A DNA stretch of 64,000 nucleotides from a phage. Position numbers and translations under genes: made by a program. Shown in pieces: positions 33,570-46,054 of the stretch. The DNA lies in assembly GCA_025830695.1 (NCBI GenBank), contig GCA_025830695.1_4111.1. One strand, given 5' to 3'. The notes below the pieces were generated by a model. It worked only from the letters and a program-made list of their open reading frames with translations. It did no database searches and was not told the DNA's origin. Within the stretch, counting starts at the first letter, position 1, and each line of letters begins with the position of its first letter.

Positions 33570-33713
33570 ATGCCAGTACGTAACAGTACTTCACGCTTTA
33601 CGCTTCAACAGAAAGCAGATCTTTTGAATATGGCAAACAAAGATTCTAATTTTCACTATCTAGTGCTCGGTGGGTCAGTAGAAAAGATTGACCTACGTGA
33701 GTGTATGAAATAA
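33570..33713 (+). CDS. small hypothetical protein (47 aa)
   Basis: Not in ORF track (under 60 aa); strong RBS AAGGAG before ATG. Confidence 0.4.
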   Translation: MPVRNSTSRFTLQQKADLLNMANKDSNFHYLVLGGSVEKIDLRECMK

Positions 33714-33727
33714 CAAAAGGGGCTAAA

Positions 33728-33898
33728 ATGAGTCTACGTGAATCATGGGAACAATTTAAAGAAGAGATTGGTTATCGTGGTGTTAAGATTGAACCAATCA
33801 ATCGTACTGAAAGCATCAAAGCTAGTACTAATGGTACTACCTATGATCGTTATGATGAAAAGTATGGTTTACATTCTAAACCAAAGGATACTGAGTAA
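33728..33898 (+). CDS. small hypothetical protein
   Basis: ORF-track ORF trimmed to ATG after AAAGGGG. Confidence 0.4.
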   Translation: MSLRESWEQFKEEIGYRGVKIEPINRTESIKASTNGTTYDRYDEKYGLHSKPKDTE

Positions 33899-34037
33899 TG
33901 GTGTATACTAATATTTTTACTGGTATTATGCGTAAATTTATTAATGGTACTGGATACGTATCTAATGATAACGGTAGTACATGGGTAAAAAATAATACGT
34001 CTGAATCTTTAGTAAAAAGTCTTCCGTATTATAAAGC

Positions 34038-34066
34038 TTGACACATGAAAATGGAGTATATATAAT
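34038..34066 (+). promoter_or_regulatory. sigma70-type promoter
   Basis: TTGACA-N17-TATAAT. Confidence 0.55.
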
Positions 34067-34098
34067 ACTCCTATATTAATTAAACGAGGATATACGAA

Positions 34099-34671
34099 AT
34101 GGCTGGTGTTGATAAAATTTGTGAATTCAGTTCAGATTATGAAGGTTACGAGATGTACAAGTCCAAGCGTAATCACATTCAAGTACTGTCAAAGTACCGT
34201 AAAGAATTCAGAGGCCACAAAGCAACATTGTATGTTTTTGAGAATGGATATTCTGAAGTTTTTACAAGTGGTGGGTACAGTACAGCTAACATGGCACATA
34301 TCAACCCAAACCCAACTGAAGATGATTGGAATAGTGGTAACGCTTTTCGTATTTCAATTTTGAATAAAATGAATCGTTACGACCGTTATTGTACATTCTT
34401 TGAAAATATTTCAGAATACAAGCAAGCATTAAAGAAATATAATCAACGCTTACTAATGAATTATGATTACATTCTTCATGTGCCAACTGTTCCAGGTCAG
34501 GTTAATGGTCTGTATACGAATAGTACACATGATTTAACTGCGGTGAAGCGTCGCCTCAAACGTATGTTGGGTTGTCGTAATTTAACAATCAAGGTTGTGC
34601 GTAATGAATCAATGTATAACTTTTTAGATGTACTACACTACACATTGAAGGATAATAATGGAAACGATTAA
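34099..34671 (+). CDS. hypothetical protein
   Basis: 190-aa ORF, RBS GAGGA. Confidence 0.55.
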   Translation: MAGVDKICEFSSDYEGYEMYKSKRNHIQVLSKYRKEFRGHKATLYVFENGYSEVFTSGGYSTANMAHINPNPTEDDWNSGNAFRISILNKMNRYDRYCTFFENISEYKQALKKYNQRLLMNYDYILHVPTVPGQVNGLYTNSTHDLTAVKRRLKRMLGCRNLTIKVVRNESMYNFLDVLHYTLKDNNGND

Positions 34672-34855
34672 GTTTATGTTTGAGGTGTTTGTTGCATTCA
34701 TCTTATGTGCTGTGTCTATTACTATTGCTTTAATCCCAGTAATCGTTTACCAAGTTAATGGTGGGACAGATCCAACAATTGATATTTTACTTCGTTGTTT
34801 CGGGTTTTTTATATGGTTGGCGATGTTTATGTACTACATGCATCTTGAGGATTGA
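34658..34855 (+). CDS. small membrane protein
   Basis: 65 aa with two hydrophobic helices. Confidence 0.45.
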   Translation: METIKFMFEVFVAFILCAVSITIALIPVIVYQVNGGTDPTIDILLRCFGFFIWLAMFMYYMHLED

Positions 34856-35688
34856 TTATGTCATTAGAAAAAATAATCATTTCTGAATTCCGAAAGTATA
34901 TCATGGATTGTGATAGAGATGTACAGCGTAAGTTCAATGAGTACCTTGACAAATATCCGTATTTGATGTTTAATCCGTTTGAAACTGATGATGATTTATA
35001 TCTTGGTTTTTACATAGGATTTACTCAACGAATTCTTCATAAAGATGAAATGAAACAATCTGAGATTTGGGTAGAAACTGACTCATCCGAGTCTAATGTT
35101 TTTTATCTTTATACATATTATGCCGAAATTGTTAGAGATACGACACCTGATGGTTGTCTATTTGTACAATCTTCTGATATTGAAAGAATATATATCGAAC
35201 CTGTATCTTTAGATATGGTTGCACAGCTTCCAACTATCCAACAGTTAGGTGCAGACGAATTAACTTATTCTGTATTTGAATATCTAGGTAGAGATGATTT
35301 GACTCAAGAAATTGATAAAATGGTTTCTAAATATACTTCATCACTTATTTCGAATGGTAAACTTAAATTAGAATTAATTTTTGAAGATACTAGTATTAAT
35401 CCAGTAAGAGGGGTTACAATTGGAAAAGTTACCATACGTGTTGTTTACGATAATGAAGTACTAGGATATATTTCAAAACGTGGACATGATTTATGTATAA
35501 TTAGTACATTCGTTATTTCTCGTAAAAAATGGAATGATTTAATGCAAAAAATCGTGGACGGCAGTAAAATTCGTGATATAATATGTAATGACATGGTAAT
35601 TATGAATCCTGATGTTGACTGTGATGTATATTTTCCAGTTCCTGGATTTACACGAGAAAACTTTAGTAAATTGAAGGATACGAAATGA
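34852..35688 (+). CDS. hypothetical protein
   Basis: 278-aa ORF, ATGA overlap. Confidence 0.55.
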   Translation: MIMSLEKIIISEFRKYIMDCDRDVQRKFNEYLDKYPYLMFNPFETDDDLYLGFYIGFTQRILHKDEMKQSEIWVETDSSESNVFYLYTYYAEIVRDTTPDGCLFVQSSDIERIYIEPVSLDMVAQLPTIQQLGADELTYSVFEYLGRDDLTQEIDKMVSKYTSSLISNGKLKLELIFEDTSINPVRGVTIGKVTIRVVYDNEVLGYISKRGHDLCIISTFVISRKKWNDLMQKIVDGSKIRDIICNDMVIMNPDVDCDVYFPVPGFTRENFSKLKDTK

Positions 35689-35975
35689 AAATTTTAGAAG
35701 TCTTGCTAGAAAAAGATGCATCTGGTACTCTTTATGTTGGTAATGAGTTCAGTCCAGATCCAATTGATATGTTACAGAGAATCCAAACACTGACTCAAAA
35801 CATCTCGGTTAAAAAACCGTTTCAGAAAGAATTGGAAATCTTTTGTGATAAAGATATTGAACAGCATGATAATGTGATTTCAGATATTAAAAGTCTATTG
35901 ACAAAAAATGGTTATGTAGAGTATAATCCTCCTATCGTAATCGTTATTCCAGACTTCATGAAAGGAACAATCTAA
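35685..35975 (+). CDS. hypothetical protein
   Basis: 96-aa ORF. Confidence 0.5.
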   Translation: MKILEVLLEKDASGTLYVGNEFSPDPIDMLQRIQTLTQNISVKKPFQKELEIFCDKDIEQHDNVISDIKSLLTKNGYVEYNPPIVIVIPDFMKGTI

Positions 35976-36244
35976 TGACTAAAGACGAAATGAAATCTCG
36001 CTTAAGCGAACTGAAGAAAGAACGTAAACTAGTACGTTTAGACTGGGATATCCTTAACAGGAAAGATGAGCAATCATATGCTAACTGGAGTTCTGATAAA
36101 GTACGAAATGACCGTTCTAAAGAAGATGCAAAGCAATTCATGGCATTATCGAAGCGACTATCATCTTTGAACAGTGAAATTACTGGCCTTCAGAAAGAGA
36201 TCATTTCCATTCTTAAAGCGGAGATTGAATCACTCTATGAATAA
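35975..36244 (+). CDS. hypothetical protein
   Basis: 89-aa ORF. Confidence 0.5.
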   Translation: MTKDEMKSRLSELKKERKLVRLDWDILNRKDEQSYANWSSDKVRNDRSKEDAKQFMALSKRLSSLNSEITGLQKEIISILKAEIESLYE

Positions 36245-36533
36245 ACATGAAGTAATTCATTTTGATGATAAGATCTATATTCCAAATATTGATAGTACTG
36301 AAACATATTACCTAATCAATAAGATTATGGCTGAAACAAATACGTGTTGTCGTCAACAGCCAGGAAAATATGAGTTCAGTCAGACTATTGGTTATTACCG
36401 ATATGATATGTTAGAATCATTTACAATTGATAAGTCTAAAGTTATTGACATTCTTGTACAGAATGGATATAATGAACAACGTGTAAATGATACAGATTTA
36501 CCAGTTTCAAAAATTGTTCTTTCTAATAATTAA
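36237..36533 (+). CDS. hypothetical protein
   Basis: ORF-track ORF trimmed to ATG 36237. Confidence 0.45.
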   Translation: MNKHEVIHFDDKIYIPNIDSTETYYLINKIMAETNTCCRQQPGKYEFSQTIGYYRYDMLESFTIDKSKVIDILVQNGYNEQRVNDTDLPVSKIVLSNN

Positions 36534-36536
36534 AAA

Positions 36537-36565
36537 TTGGACAAGAACAGATATTGTGATATAAT
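36537..36565 (+). promoter_or_regulatory. sigma70-type promoter with extended -10
   Basis: TTGGAC-N17-TGaTATAATGTTT. Confidence 0.55.
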
Positions 36566-36648
36566 GTTTGTTATCGGCAGATATTAAAATGCAAACCATT
36601 CCTCAATGATGAGGGTTTTTCATAAAAAAGAAATAAAAGGGTATTAAA

Positions 36649-36858
36649 ATGGCTAAAGAAACTAACGCACAAGTACTAGATATCACCGACTTCGACCGCA
36701 CTGTGAACTACATTCAATTCCAGATTCATCAAGCAGAAGAAGCTCTAGCAGTATTCCACGGTACTGGTGCAAGGCCAATCCGTTTTGCTCACTTGATTGC
36801 ATGGAAGAAAAGTCTTCAAGAAGAACTATCTGAACTGCGTAAAGCAAATCGTAAGTAA
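36649..36858 (+). CDS. hypothetical protein
   Basis: 69-aa ORF, RBS AAAGGG. Confidence 0.5.
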   Translation: MAKETNAQVLDITDFDRTVNYIQFQIHQAEEALAVFHGTGARPIRFAHLIAWKKSLQEELSELRKANRK

Positions 36859-36869
36859 TTTATCTTACC

Positions 36870-36897
36870 GCCTCATCATTTTTGATGGGGCATTTTA
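36870..36897 (+). terminator. intrinsic terminator
   Basis: GCCTCATCA-TTTT-TGATGGGGC followed by ATTTT. Confidence 0.6.
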
Positions 36898-36923
36898 ATC
36901 ATATAAAGTAAGAGGATTTATAA

Positions 36924-37430
36924 ATGAGTGTTGAATATTGGTTTTTATTTGTGTGTATTGGTACACTTGCATTAATCACCATTGGATTGATTTTCAATAC
37001 CATGATTAGTGGAAGTAAGTACTTTAAGACATTCCAACTTTTAATGTCTGCTATGCCATATAGTGCTGATGCCGAAAAAACAATTTCTCTAATTTTAGAT
37101 AAGTTCGATGCAAATCTTTTGGTGGCTAAAATTTCAGCATGTGATACAAATATTTCATTCTACTCGGTAGACACGGATCTAGATGGAATTGATACACAAT
37201 ACTCAAATCCAGTAGTTGCTGAAATTTTCATTGGTTCAAAATATTATGCATATGGATATGTAAGAAAATATTATTCAGAAGCAAAAGCTGAGTTGACGAA
37301 GAAGCGACCATCAATAAAAACTTTAAAACGCATCATTGCGTTGGAAAAATCACTTCGTGGTCAAACAAGCGTTAATGAGCCACCATCAGTGATTAAATCC
37401 AAAAAAAGTAATGTTGTGGAGTTGGAGTAA
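36924..37430 (+). CDS. membrane-anchored protein
   Basis: N-terminal TM helix; RBS AAGAGGA. Confidence 0.5.
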   Translation: MSVEYWFLFVCIGTLALITIGLIFNTMISGSKYFKTFQLLMSAMPYSADAEKTISLILDKFDANLLVAKISACDTNISFYSVDTDLDGIDTQYSNPVVAEIFIGSKYYAYGYVRKYYSEAKAELTKKRPSIKTLKRIIALEKSLRGQTSVNEPPSVIKSKKSNVVELE

Positions 37431-37720
37431 TGGAACCAGAAAAATCAAGAAAAATTCTTATTGATGTCCAAACTAAATTACTAGATATTATGGAAATCAT
37501 CAATGAGTTACCACAGGGTTATCAGTACAAAGTTCGTGAAATGTTATCTTGTGCCGAAACCGTTGTTTCTATGTACGATGATATTCAACATGGTATTATC
37601 CCTGATATTCTCAAAGATGACGTAAATATTAACACTGAGGTAAAAGAAACTAAATTAGAATCAGAAACAGTATCTAATAAAAAAGTTCTAGACCTTAGTG
37701 GTATAAAAATTAATATCTAA
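37430..37720 (+). CDS. hypothetical protein
   Basis: 96-aa ORF, overlapping start/stop. Confidence 0.5.
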   Translation: MEPEKSRKILIDVQTKLLDIMEIINELPQGYQYKVREMLSCAETVVSMYDDIQHGIIPDILKDDVNINTEVKETKLESETVSNKKVLDLSGIKINI

Positions 37721-37742
37721 AAAACATCCAATAGGAGAAGTA

Positions 37743-37892
37743 ATGAGTAATCAAAAAATCGACTTAGTAGTAAAACTTCAAGAGATTCAAGCACTAGCTA
37801 AAGACCTTGATAACACACGTGCATCAGTAGTTGATTCACTATGTGCAACAATCCTGACTGTTTTTACAGATTACGAAAAGAAATCTGATTAA
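37743..37892 (+). CDS. small hypothetical protein (49 aa)
   Basis: Not in ORF track; RBS AGGAGAAG before ATG; followed by terminator. Confidence 0.4.
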   Translation: MSNQKIDLVVKLQEIQALAKDLDNTRASVVDSLCATILTVFTDYEKKSD

Positions 37893-37905
37893 ACGTTACT
37901 TTGTA

Positions 37906-37937
37906 AATACCCAGTCAAGTACTGGGTATTTTTTTAA
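37906..37937 (+). terminator. intrinsic terminator
   Basis: AATACCCAGT-CAAGT-ACTGGGTATT followed by TTTTTT. Confidence 0.7.
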
Positions 37938-37946
37938 GGAAATAAA

Positions 37947-38339
37947 ATGACTGAATCAGAACTACACGAAATGATAGATTTCATTTATGAAATGGTACAA
38001 GATAAAAATAACATCAATACAATTGCATCAGGCCCAAGACAAATTGGTAACCAAATAACATATTCTTTGTCCTTATGGTTACACCCGTGCATTAAGGTTG
38101 ATTGTTTGTATTTCCGTCCTGATATTGATGCTTATTATTTTGTCAATCATGATGCATTAATGAAACCACATAATCGTCCAGTTGATGATACCTTTGTGAC
38201 ACACCCATTTTACCTGGCTGATTCCGAAGAAGATGAGTTTCAAAAGAACACAACGTTAAGCCCAGGTGAAATTTGCATCCCTTACGTACTTAAAGATAAA
38301 ATGAATCACATCACAGAAGTTATGAAAACATGCTGGTAG
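37947..38339 (+). CDS. EExFFQxS-motif family protein (member 11, EEDEFQK subtype)
   Basis: SEEDEFQKNTT. Confidence 0.5.
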   Translation: MTESELHEMIDFIYEMVQDKNNINTIASGPRQIGNQITYSLSLWLHPCIKVDCLYFRPDIDAYYFVNHDALMKPHNRPVDDTFVTHPFYLADSEEDEFQKNTTLSPGEICIPYVLKDKMNHITEVMKTCW

Positions 38340-38387
38340 ATGCAATGAAACTCTGATATAATACAAATAATGATAATAGGAGGATAT

Positions 38388-38606
38388 ATGAAATTTATTG
38401 ATTTTGATATTTCTAAGGCCAAAGAATTATTTGTAAGAAATGAAGTTTATGATATCATGTTACATAACGGCACTGTACAAGAAGATGTTGTGTTGTTTTC
38501 GTTTGATGGTGAAAATCTCGAAACTATATATAAATTCAGCAACTTAGATGGTGACTTTTGGGAAACCAGTGCTGTTAAAATGTATAGAATTAAAAAGGAG
38601 CATTAA
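38388..38606 (+). CDS. hypothetical protein
   Basis: Trimmed to ATG after AGGAGGA. Confidence 0.5.
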   Translation: MKFIDFDISKAKELFVRNEVYDIMLHNGTVQEDVVLFSFDGENLETIYKFSNLDGDFWETSAVKMYRIKKEH

Positions 38607-38607
38607 C

Positions 38608-39096
38608 ATGCCAATTCGTGGTGTACCAGAACCATTAATGGAAGTTATTAAGCATGTTCGCATTGGAGATCGAGAAGTTAATCTTCGCCGTAATAACATT
38701 TATTACTTTAAAACTTCAGAAATGAGTTCTGTACAGATTGTCATTGGTACATCTATTAAGATTACTCGTGTACTTGATGGTAGTACTGACTTCGTTGAAT
38801 ATAATGTACTTACTAATAAAGTAACGCATATATATAAATGGAGTGGGTATAAAACTATTAAGTATGAATTTGACTTAGCTAGAACTGAAGAAGAACGATT
38901 TATGCTGAGTACTATCAATCCAGCAAACTATCCCGATCTTGATGCATTTTTGCTAATTTTAAAATTGTATAATGAAGCAAATCAGAAAGCTAAAGAGTAT
39001 GATAGAATCATGTATGAACGCCGAAAAGAACGTGCACAAAAAAGTTATGATCTGTATGATAGCCCATACGTGAAATATAGTAAGGGGTCGAAATGA
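38608..39096 (+). CDS. EExFFQxS-motif family protein (member 12)
   Basis: TEEERFMLSTINP; start at ATG after AAGGAG. Confidence 0.55.
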   Translation: MPIRGVPEPLMEVIKHVRIGDREVNLRRNNIYYFKTSEMSSVQIVIGTSIKITRVLDGSTDFVEYNVLTNKVTHIYKWSGYKTIKYEFDLARTEEERFMLSTINPANYPDLDAFLLILKLYNEANQKAKEYDRIMYERRKERAQKSYDLYDSPYVKYSKGSK

Positions 39097-39497
39097 ATAA
39101 AGAAGTTCAAATTATCATAACTCCACCTATACAAAGTCTGGATGTATCCATTAGTGATTTTTTGGAAAAATACTATGAATGGTTTAATGAAGATTCAGTA
39201 ATTTATAACCATTCATTACCAGATGGTTTCGTGGAGCTTATCGAATTAAATTCAAAATCACTATACTTCTGTGTTGAATACAATGATTATATGACAGATG
39301 AAGCTTATCGCTTTCGTTGTACATTGTATCCGAATTATTTTTCAATAGGTTATAAAGATTACCAGTACTGTACCACTAACTATAGTGTTGAGGAAGAATT
39401 TCAGTACAATTTACTTTATCCTGATTTAGATTATACGATTGCAGTACTGTTGACTAAAATCATGGATTTTTATAAAGATAAATATAATGCAGCCTAA
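39093..39497 (+). CDS. EExFFQxS-motif family protein (member 13, divergent)
   Basis: VEEEFQYNLLYPD. Confidence 0.5.
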   Translation: MNKEVQIIITPPIQSLDVSISDFLEKYYEWFNEDSVIYNHSLPDGFVELIELNSKSLYFCVEYNDYMTDEAYRFRCTLYPNYFSIGYKDYQYCTTNYSVEEEFQYNLLYPDLDYTIAVLLTKIMDFYKDKYNAA

Positions 39498-39672
39498 GAC
39501 ATTTGATGAGTGGTTTAATCTACACTATAATATAAATGCAGCAGATATATACTATTTTAAGCTTGAATTGTATATATCATTGCGTAACCCAATTGAGTAC
39601 TATAACAACATTATCAATTGTGATGATTTTGGTACATATTTTAGTATAGCCGTTATGGATATTAAGAGATGA
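39487..39672 (+). CDS. hypothetical protein
   Basis: 61-aa ORF. Confidence 0.4.
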   Translation: MQPKTFDEWFNLHYNINAADIYYFKLELYISLRNPIEYYNNIINCDDFGTYFSIAVMDIKR

Positions 39673-39848
39673 CACATGAAGAATGGATGGCAATGATGAA
39701 AAAACGTTATGACCAGTTTGGAAATGGATTTATTGATGGTCATTTCGATATTTTACGAGACAAATATAAGTTCGAATCATATGTACTAGATGAGAATGGA
39801 AATCGTTGGTTCATCTATGAGCTTGCGGTTAGAGACAAAAAAATATAA
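39669..39848 (+). CDS. MTHEEW-family small protein (member 1)
   Basis: Not in ORF track; ATGA overlap; MTHEEWMAMMKKRYDQFGNGFIDGHFDILRD... Confidence 0.5.
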   Translation: MTHEEWMAMMKKRYDQFGNGFIDGHFDILRDKYKFESYVLDENGNRWFIYELAVRDKKI

Positions 39849-39865
39849 TAACCTTTTCCATTGTC

Positions 39866-39926
39866 CATTGCAATGCTTTCTTTACAGAAGAATAAATGAA
39901 ACACTTAATTGAACTGGATACATAAA
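39866..39926 (+). pseudogene. decayed remnant of the 3' end of a paralog of gene 40229-40444
   Basis: Near-identical DNA to 40386-40444 but with an in-frame stop. Confidence 0.4.
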
Positions 39927-40103
39927 ATGACACATGAAGAATGGATAGAGTCACTAAAATATAAACATGATCATTTTGGATTTGGTATACGCCAAGGCCA
40001 TTATGATGTTTTGAACGATAAAAAAACGTTCGAATCATTGGTTTTGGACGAAGATTCCAACCACTGGTTCATCTACGAGCTTGCTATTAGAGATAAAAAA
40101 TAG
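39927..40103 (+). CDS. MTHEEW-family small protein (member 2)
   Basis: MTHEEWIESLKYKHDHFGFGIRQGHYDVLND... Confidence 0.55.
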   Translation: MTHEEWIESLKYKHDHFGFGIRQGHYDVLNDKKTFESLVLDEDSNHWFIYELAIRDKK

Positions 40104-40108
40104 TAAGA

Positions 40109-40444
<336 letters not shown>

Positions 40445-40445
40445 A

Positions 40446-40628
40446 ATGACACACGAAGAATGGATGTCCAAACAGCATAAAGAACATGACTGCTTTGGGA
40501 ATGGCATTCGTCAGGTACATTATGATATATTAAGAGATGAAAATCTTTTCAGGTCATATGTTTTGGATACCAGAAAACCCTGGTTTATATGCGAACTGGC
40601 ATTTAGAAAGTCAAATAATCAAAACTAA
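40446..40628 (+). CDS. MTHEEW-family small protein (member 3)
   Basis: MTHEEWMSKQHKEHDCFGNGIRQVHYDILRD... Confidence 0.55.
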   Translation: MTHEEWMSKQHKEHDCFGNGIRQVHYDILRDENLFRSYVLDTRKPWFICELAFRKSNNQN

Positions 40629-40644
40629 ACAAGGAATACAAAAA

Positions 40645-40863
40645 ATGGAAACAACTTTATTTGAAGTTATTCAATCATTAAAACCTGAAGATGAGGTTCA
40701 AGTACTACTACATGGTTATCGTGTAAAAGGTACTGTGGTTTTAGTCAATGATACAACATTGGTTATTACAGAAACAAACCCATATGATAGTAATCAACTT
40801 GCCAATATCCATATCGATATCACTGGAATTATTGGTGTCGGTGTATCTAAAACACTTGCATAA
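40645..40863 (+). CDS. hypothetical protein
   Basis: Trimmed to ATG after AAGGAA. Confidence 0.5.
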   Translation: METTLFEVIQSLKPEDEVQVLLHGYRVKGTVVLVNDTTLVITETNPYDSNQLANIHIDITGIIGVGVSKTLA

Positions 40864-40916
40864 ATCATTAATTCATTATATAATGATTATCACTGGTTCT
40901 AGATGAGGATAATATT

Positions 40917-41189
40917 ATGCATTTTGAAAAATTCAACGTAAATCGTAACACACGCATTGAAGTTCTTTATGAAACTCAAGACACCATTAGTATTCGTACA
41001 AGTAGTGGGGATGTATATCATGACTGTACGATTGGCTGGGAACAGGGAAGGACGCGTAGTGCAGTATTTGATAATTATCGCTTTTATCAAGGAGACACTA
41101 CGATTTGGCCTGAATACGTAGAAGATATTGCGTTTGAAGATGAACATAAAGATGAATTTATCAAATTTAATCCTCAAACTGAATCATAA
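40917..41189 (+). CDS. hypothetical protein
   Basis: 90-aa ORF, RBS GAGGA. Confidence 0.5.
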   Translation: MHFEKFNVNRNTRIEVLYETQDTISIRTSSGDVYHDCTIGWEQGRTRSAVFDNYRFYQGDTTIWPEYVEDIAFEDEHKDEFIKFNPQTES

Positions 41190-41193
41190 ATAA

Positions 41194-41323
<130 letters not shown>

Positions 41324-41326
41324 AAT

Positions 41327-41427
<101 letters not shown>

Positions 41428-41429
41428 CA

Positions 41430-41590
<161 letters not shown>

Positions 41591-41594
<4 letters not shown>

Positions 41595-41751
41595 CACATG
41601 AAGAATGGATGAATGACATTAATTTTAGATATTCGGGTATCGGTAAATGGCTAAAGTATCATTGGGAATTCATTTCAGAGCCACATCTGTATGATAAACT
41701 TATCAACGATCCAGCATATGAAATGTACTTAATTGAACTACTGGTACGATT

Positions 41752-41755
<4 letters not shown>
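41591..41755 (+). CDS. MTHEEW-family small protein (member 5)
   Basis: 54 aa, about 80 percent DNA identity to member 4; ATGA overlap. Confidence 0.5.
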
Positions 41756-41917
<162 letters not shown>

Positions 41918-41925
41918 AAAAAAAG

Positions 41926-42335
<410 letters not shown>

Positions 42336-42339
<4 letters not shown>

Positions 42340-42371
42340 CTAAATAATTCAGTACTGAGGATATTAATATG
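42336..42371 (+). promoter_or_regulatory. degenerate copy of the promoter cassette
   Basis: TTGACTAAATAATTCAGTACTGA then a poor -10. Confidence 0.3.
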
Positions 42372-42396
42372 TTTAAAGATGAACGTCCAGATTTGT

Positions 42397-42444
<48 letters not shown>

Positions 42445-42449
42445 ATCAG

Positions 42450-42782
42450 ACGTATATGGTGTAAGTTACGTCGATGCAATCCAGAACAAGATCTCTGGTA
42501 CTCTAGGAAGTGGTGAATGTTAACCTAGACGGGTTTGATAATTGGACGATAGGCAATTATTACTTGACTAGCAGGTTTAAACTAGAGGTGACTATCCTTC
42601 ACCAAACTGGAAAACCGGATGGACTTTTATTTAAAAGGGTAAGGCGTGGAAATATGTTTACAGAAGTTGCTTTTAGTAGCCTGTACGCCCCACGTCAAGG
42701 TAGCCGAAAGGCAAGTTAAGACGGGTGGTTATAAAGCTGAATTAACAGCGGCGTTTAAAAGCGTCACCATCCATTTTTTTTT
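42450..42782 (+). ncRNA. candidate structured non-coding RNA
   Basis: About 330 nt without a credible ORF, visibly GC-richer than flanks, promoter upstream and T9 run at 3' end. Confidence 0.3.
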
Positions 42783-42798
42783 AATTAAAGTTGGTGAT

Positions 42799-43608
<810 letters not shown>

Positions 43609-43632
43609 ACGAAATTACAATAGGAAATTAAA

Positions 43633-43818
43633 ATGCAACTTTTAATTCTTTCAATATTGTATATTATTATAATGGTTCCGATATCAATACGTTTAATTAC
43701 ACTTGAACGATTTTTATCGAAACATGGAAATAGATCTATGATCTTAGTACCAATCGGGCTTATATTGTTTGGTATTTTTGCATTTATAATGGGAATTAAC
43801 GCTACATTCATTTCATAG
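43633..43818 (+). CDS. small membrane protein
   Basis: 61 aa, two hydrophobic helices. Confidence 0.45.
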   Translation: MQLLILSILYIIIMVPISIRLITLERFLSKHGNRSMILVPIGLILFGIFAFIMGINATFIS

Positions 43819-43827
43819 GAAACAAAT

Positions 43828-44085
<258 letters not shown>

Positions 44086-44093
44086 GAATTTAA

Positions 44094-44495
44094 ATGAAAA
44101 AGAATGACTTGATCAAAATGCTTCAAGAAATTGACGGCAATCCAGAGATTGTTATTTGGAATGGATACGTCGATGATTATATGAACATCGAAAAAGGCTT
44201 GACTAAAATCACTCTAGTCAAAGAAACCGAACAGTTTCTTCAGGGTGCATTAGAGCACGAATGGTGTGAACGTAACAATACATTCGACATTCCAGAAGAC
44301 CAACGAACCAAGATTGCAGAACGTGCTAAAGAACTGCATAAGAAACGTGAATACGATTTCCAGAACCCATATGTCACTGAAGACGAATTCAATCGCTGGT
44401 ACGGTAAAAAGAAATTGATAAAGTATGTCCTTTCACCTAAACTACGTGGTAAGACTTCACTTGGTGTATTCAACGCCGCAGACTTAAACTACTAA
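44094..44495 (+). CDS. hypothetical protein
   Basis: 133-aa ORF. Confidence 0.5.
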   Translation: MKKNDLIKMLQEIDGNPEIVIWNGYVDDYMNIEKGLTKITLVKETEQFLQGALEHEWCERNNTFDIPEDQRTKIAERAKELHKKREYDFQNPYVTEDEFNRWYGKKKLIKYVLSPKLRGKTSLGVFNAADLNY

Positions 44496-44507
44496 GAGAG
44501 TATTTAA

Positions 44508-44981
<474 letters not shown>

Positions 44982-45016
44982 CAGGGGAGGTTGTGATTCC
45001 CGATTCAGTAGCTTAT

Positions 45017-45139
<123 letters not shown>

Positions 45140-45140
45140 T

Positions 45141-45275
<135 letters not shown>

Positions 45276-45277
45276 TA

Positions 45278-45334
<57 letters not shown>

Positions 45335-45419
45335 AGTAAGAGTAAAAATGAAAGTAAGTAAAAAAACTACCAAGCAGCTTGAAGAACTTTGTAGTGCTGC
45401 ACCTATGCCGACTCTTGGC

Positions 45420-45520
<101 letters not shown>

Positions 45521-45532
45521 TATCTTACTTCT

Positions 45533-45622
<90 letters not shown>

Positions 45623-45628
45623 TACACT

Positions 45629-46054
45629 ATGAAATACAACATTGTTAAAATGGTGAACTATATATTAAAAAACAACGCATGGTCACTGCATGATGTACAA
45701 TTAGAAGATATTGGTGAAGTTAGAGTATTTTGCTATGATCCAGATTTGAATCAAACCACAGATTTGAGTAAATGTTTTAATATTTTTCTTGGTTATGAAT
45801 TCAATAATCATTTTTATTCATTTGATGTGTATTTTGAAAAAGTTATATTCAGAAGTTATGAATGTGATAATGAAGATTATGATTATGATGATGAATCAAT
45901 TGAATTGAATGTTAACGATATTGATACTGAAGAAAAATTCTTCCAGTACTGCCTCCTTAACGACACATTAGGATTAACATTTGAGGACATTAAAGCTATA
46001 CTTAAAGTTCAAAAGTTGATTCCAGAAGAGGTTCTAAATCCATTAAATGACTAG
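45629..46054 (+). CDS. EExFFQxS-motif family protein (member 16)
   Basis: TEEKFFQYCLLNDTLGLTFED. Confidence 0.55.
   Translation: MKYNIVKMVNYILKNNAWSLHDVQLEDIGEVRVFCYDPDLNQTTDLSKCFNIFLGYEFNNHFYSFDVYFEKVIFRSYECDNEDYDYDDESIELNVNDIDTEEKFFQYCLLNDTLGLTFEDIKAILKVQKLIPEEVLNPLND

Noticed and set aside
39487-39672. Treating ORF-track starts as true starts where they begin with TTG/GTG far upstream (for example 965, 9464, 13732, 14703, 38548, 42646, 50093)
   Set aside because: Each has a downstream in-frame ATG with a purine-rich RBS and better spacing from the preceding stop, so starts were trimmed. True starts remain unverified.
42450-42782. Group I intron in the ORF-free segment
   Set aside because: The segment does not interrupt a recognisable gene or tRNA, and I could not find a convincing P7 core pairing. 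The structured-RNA hypothesis is kept without a class assignment.
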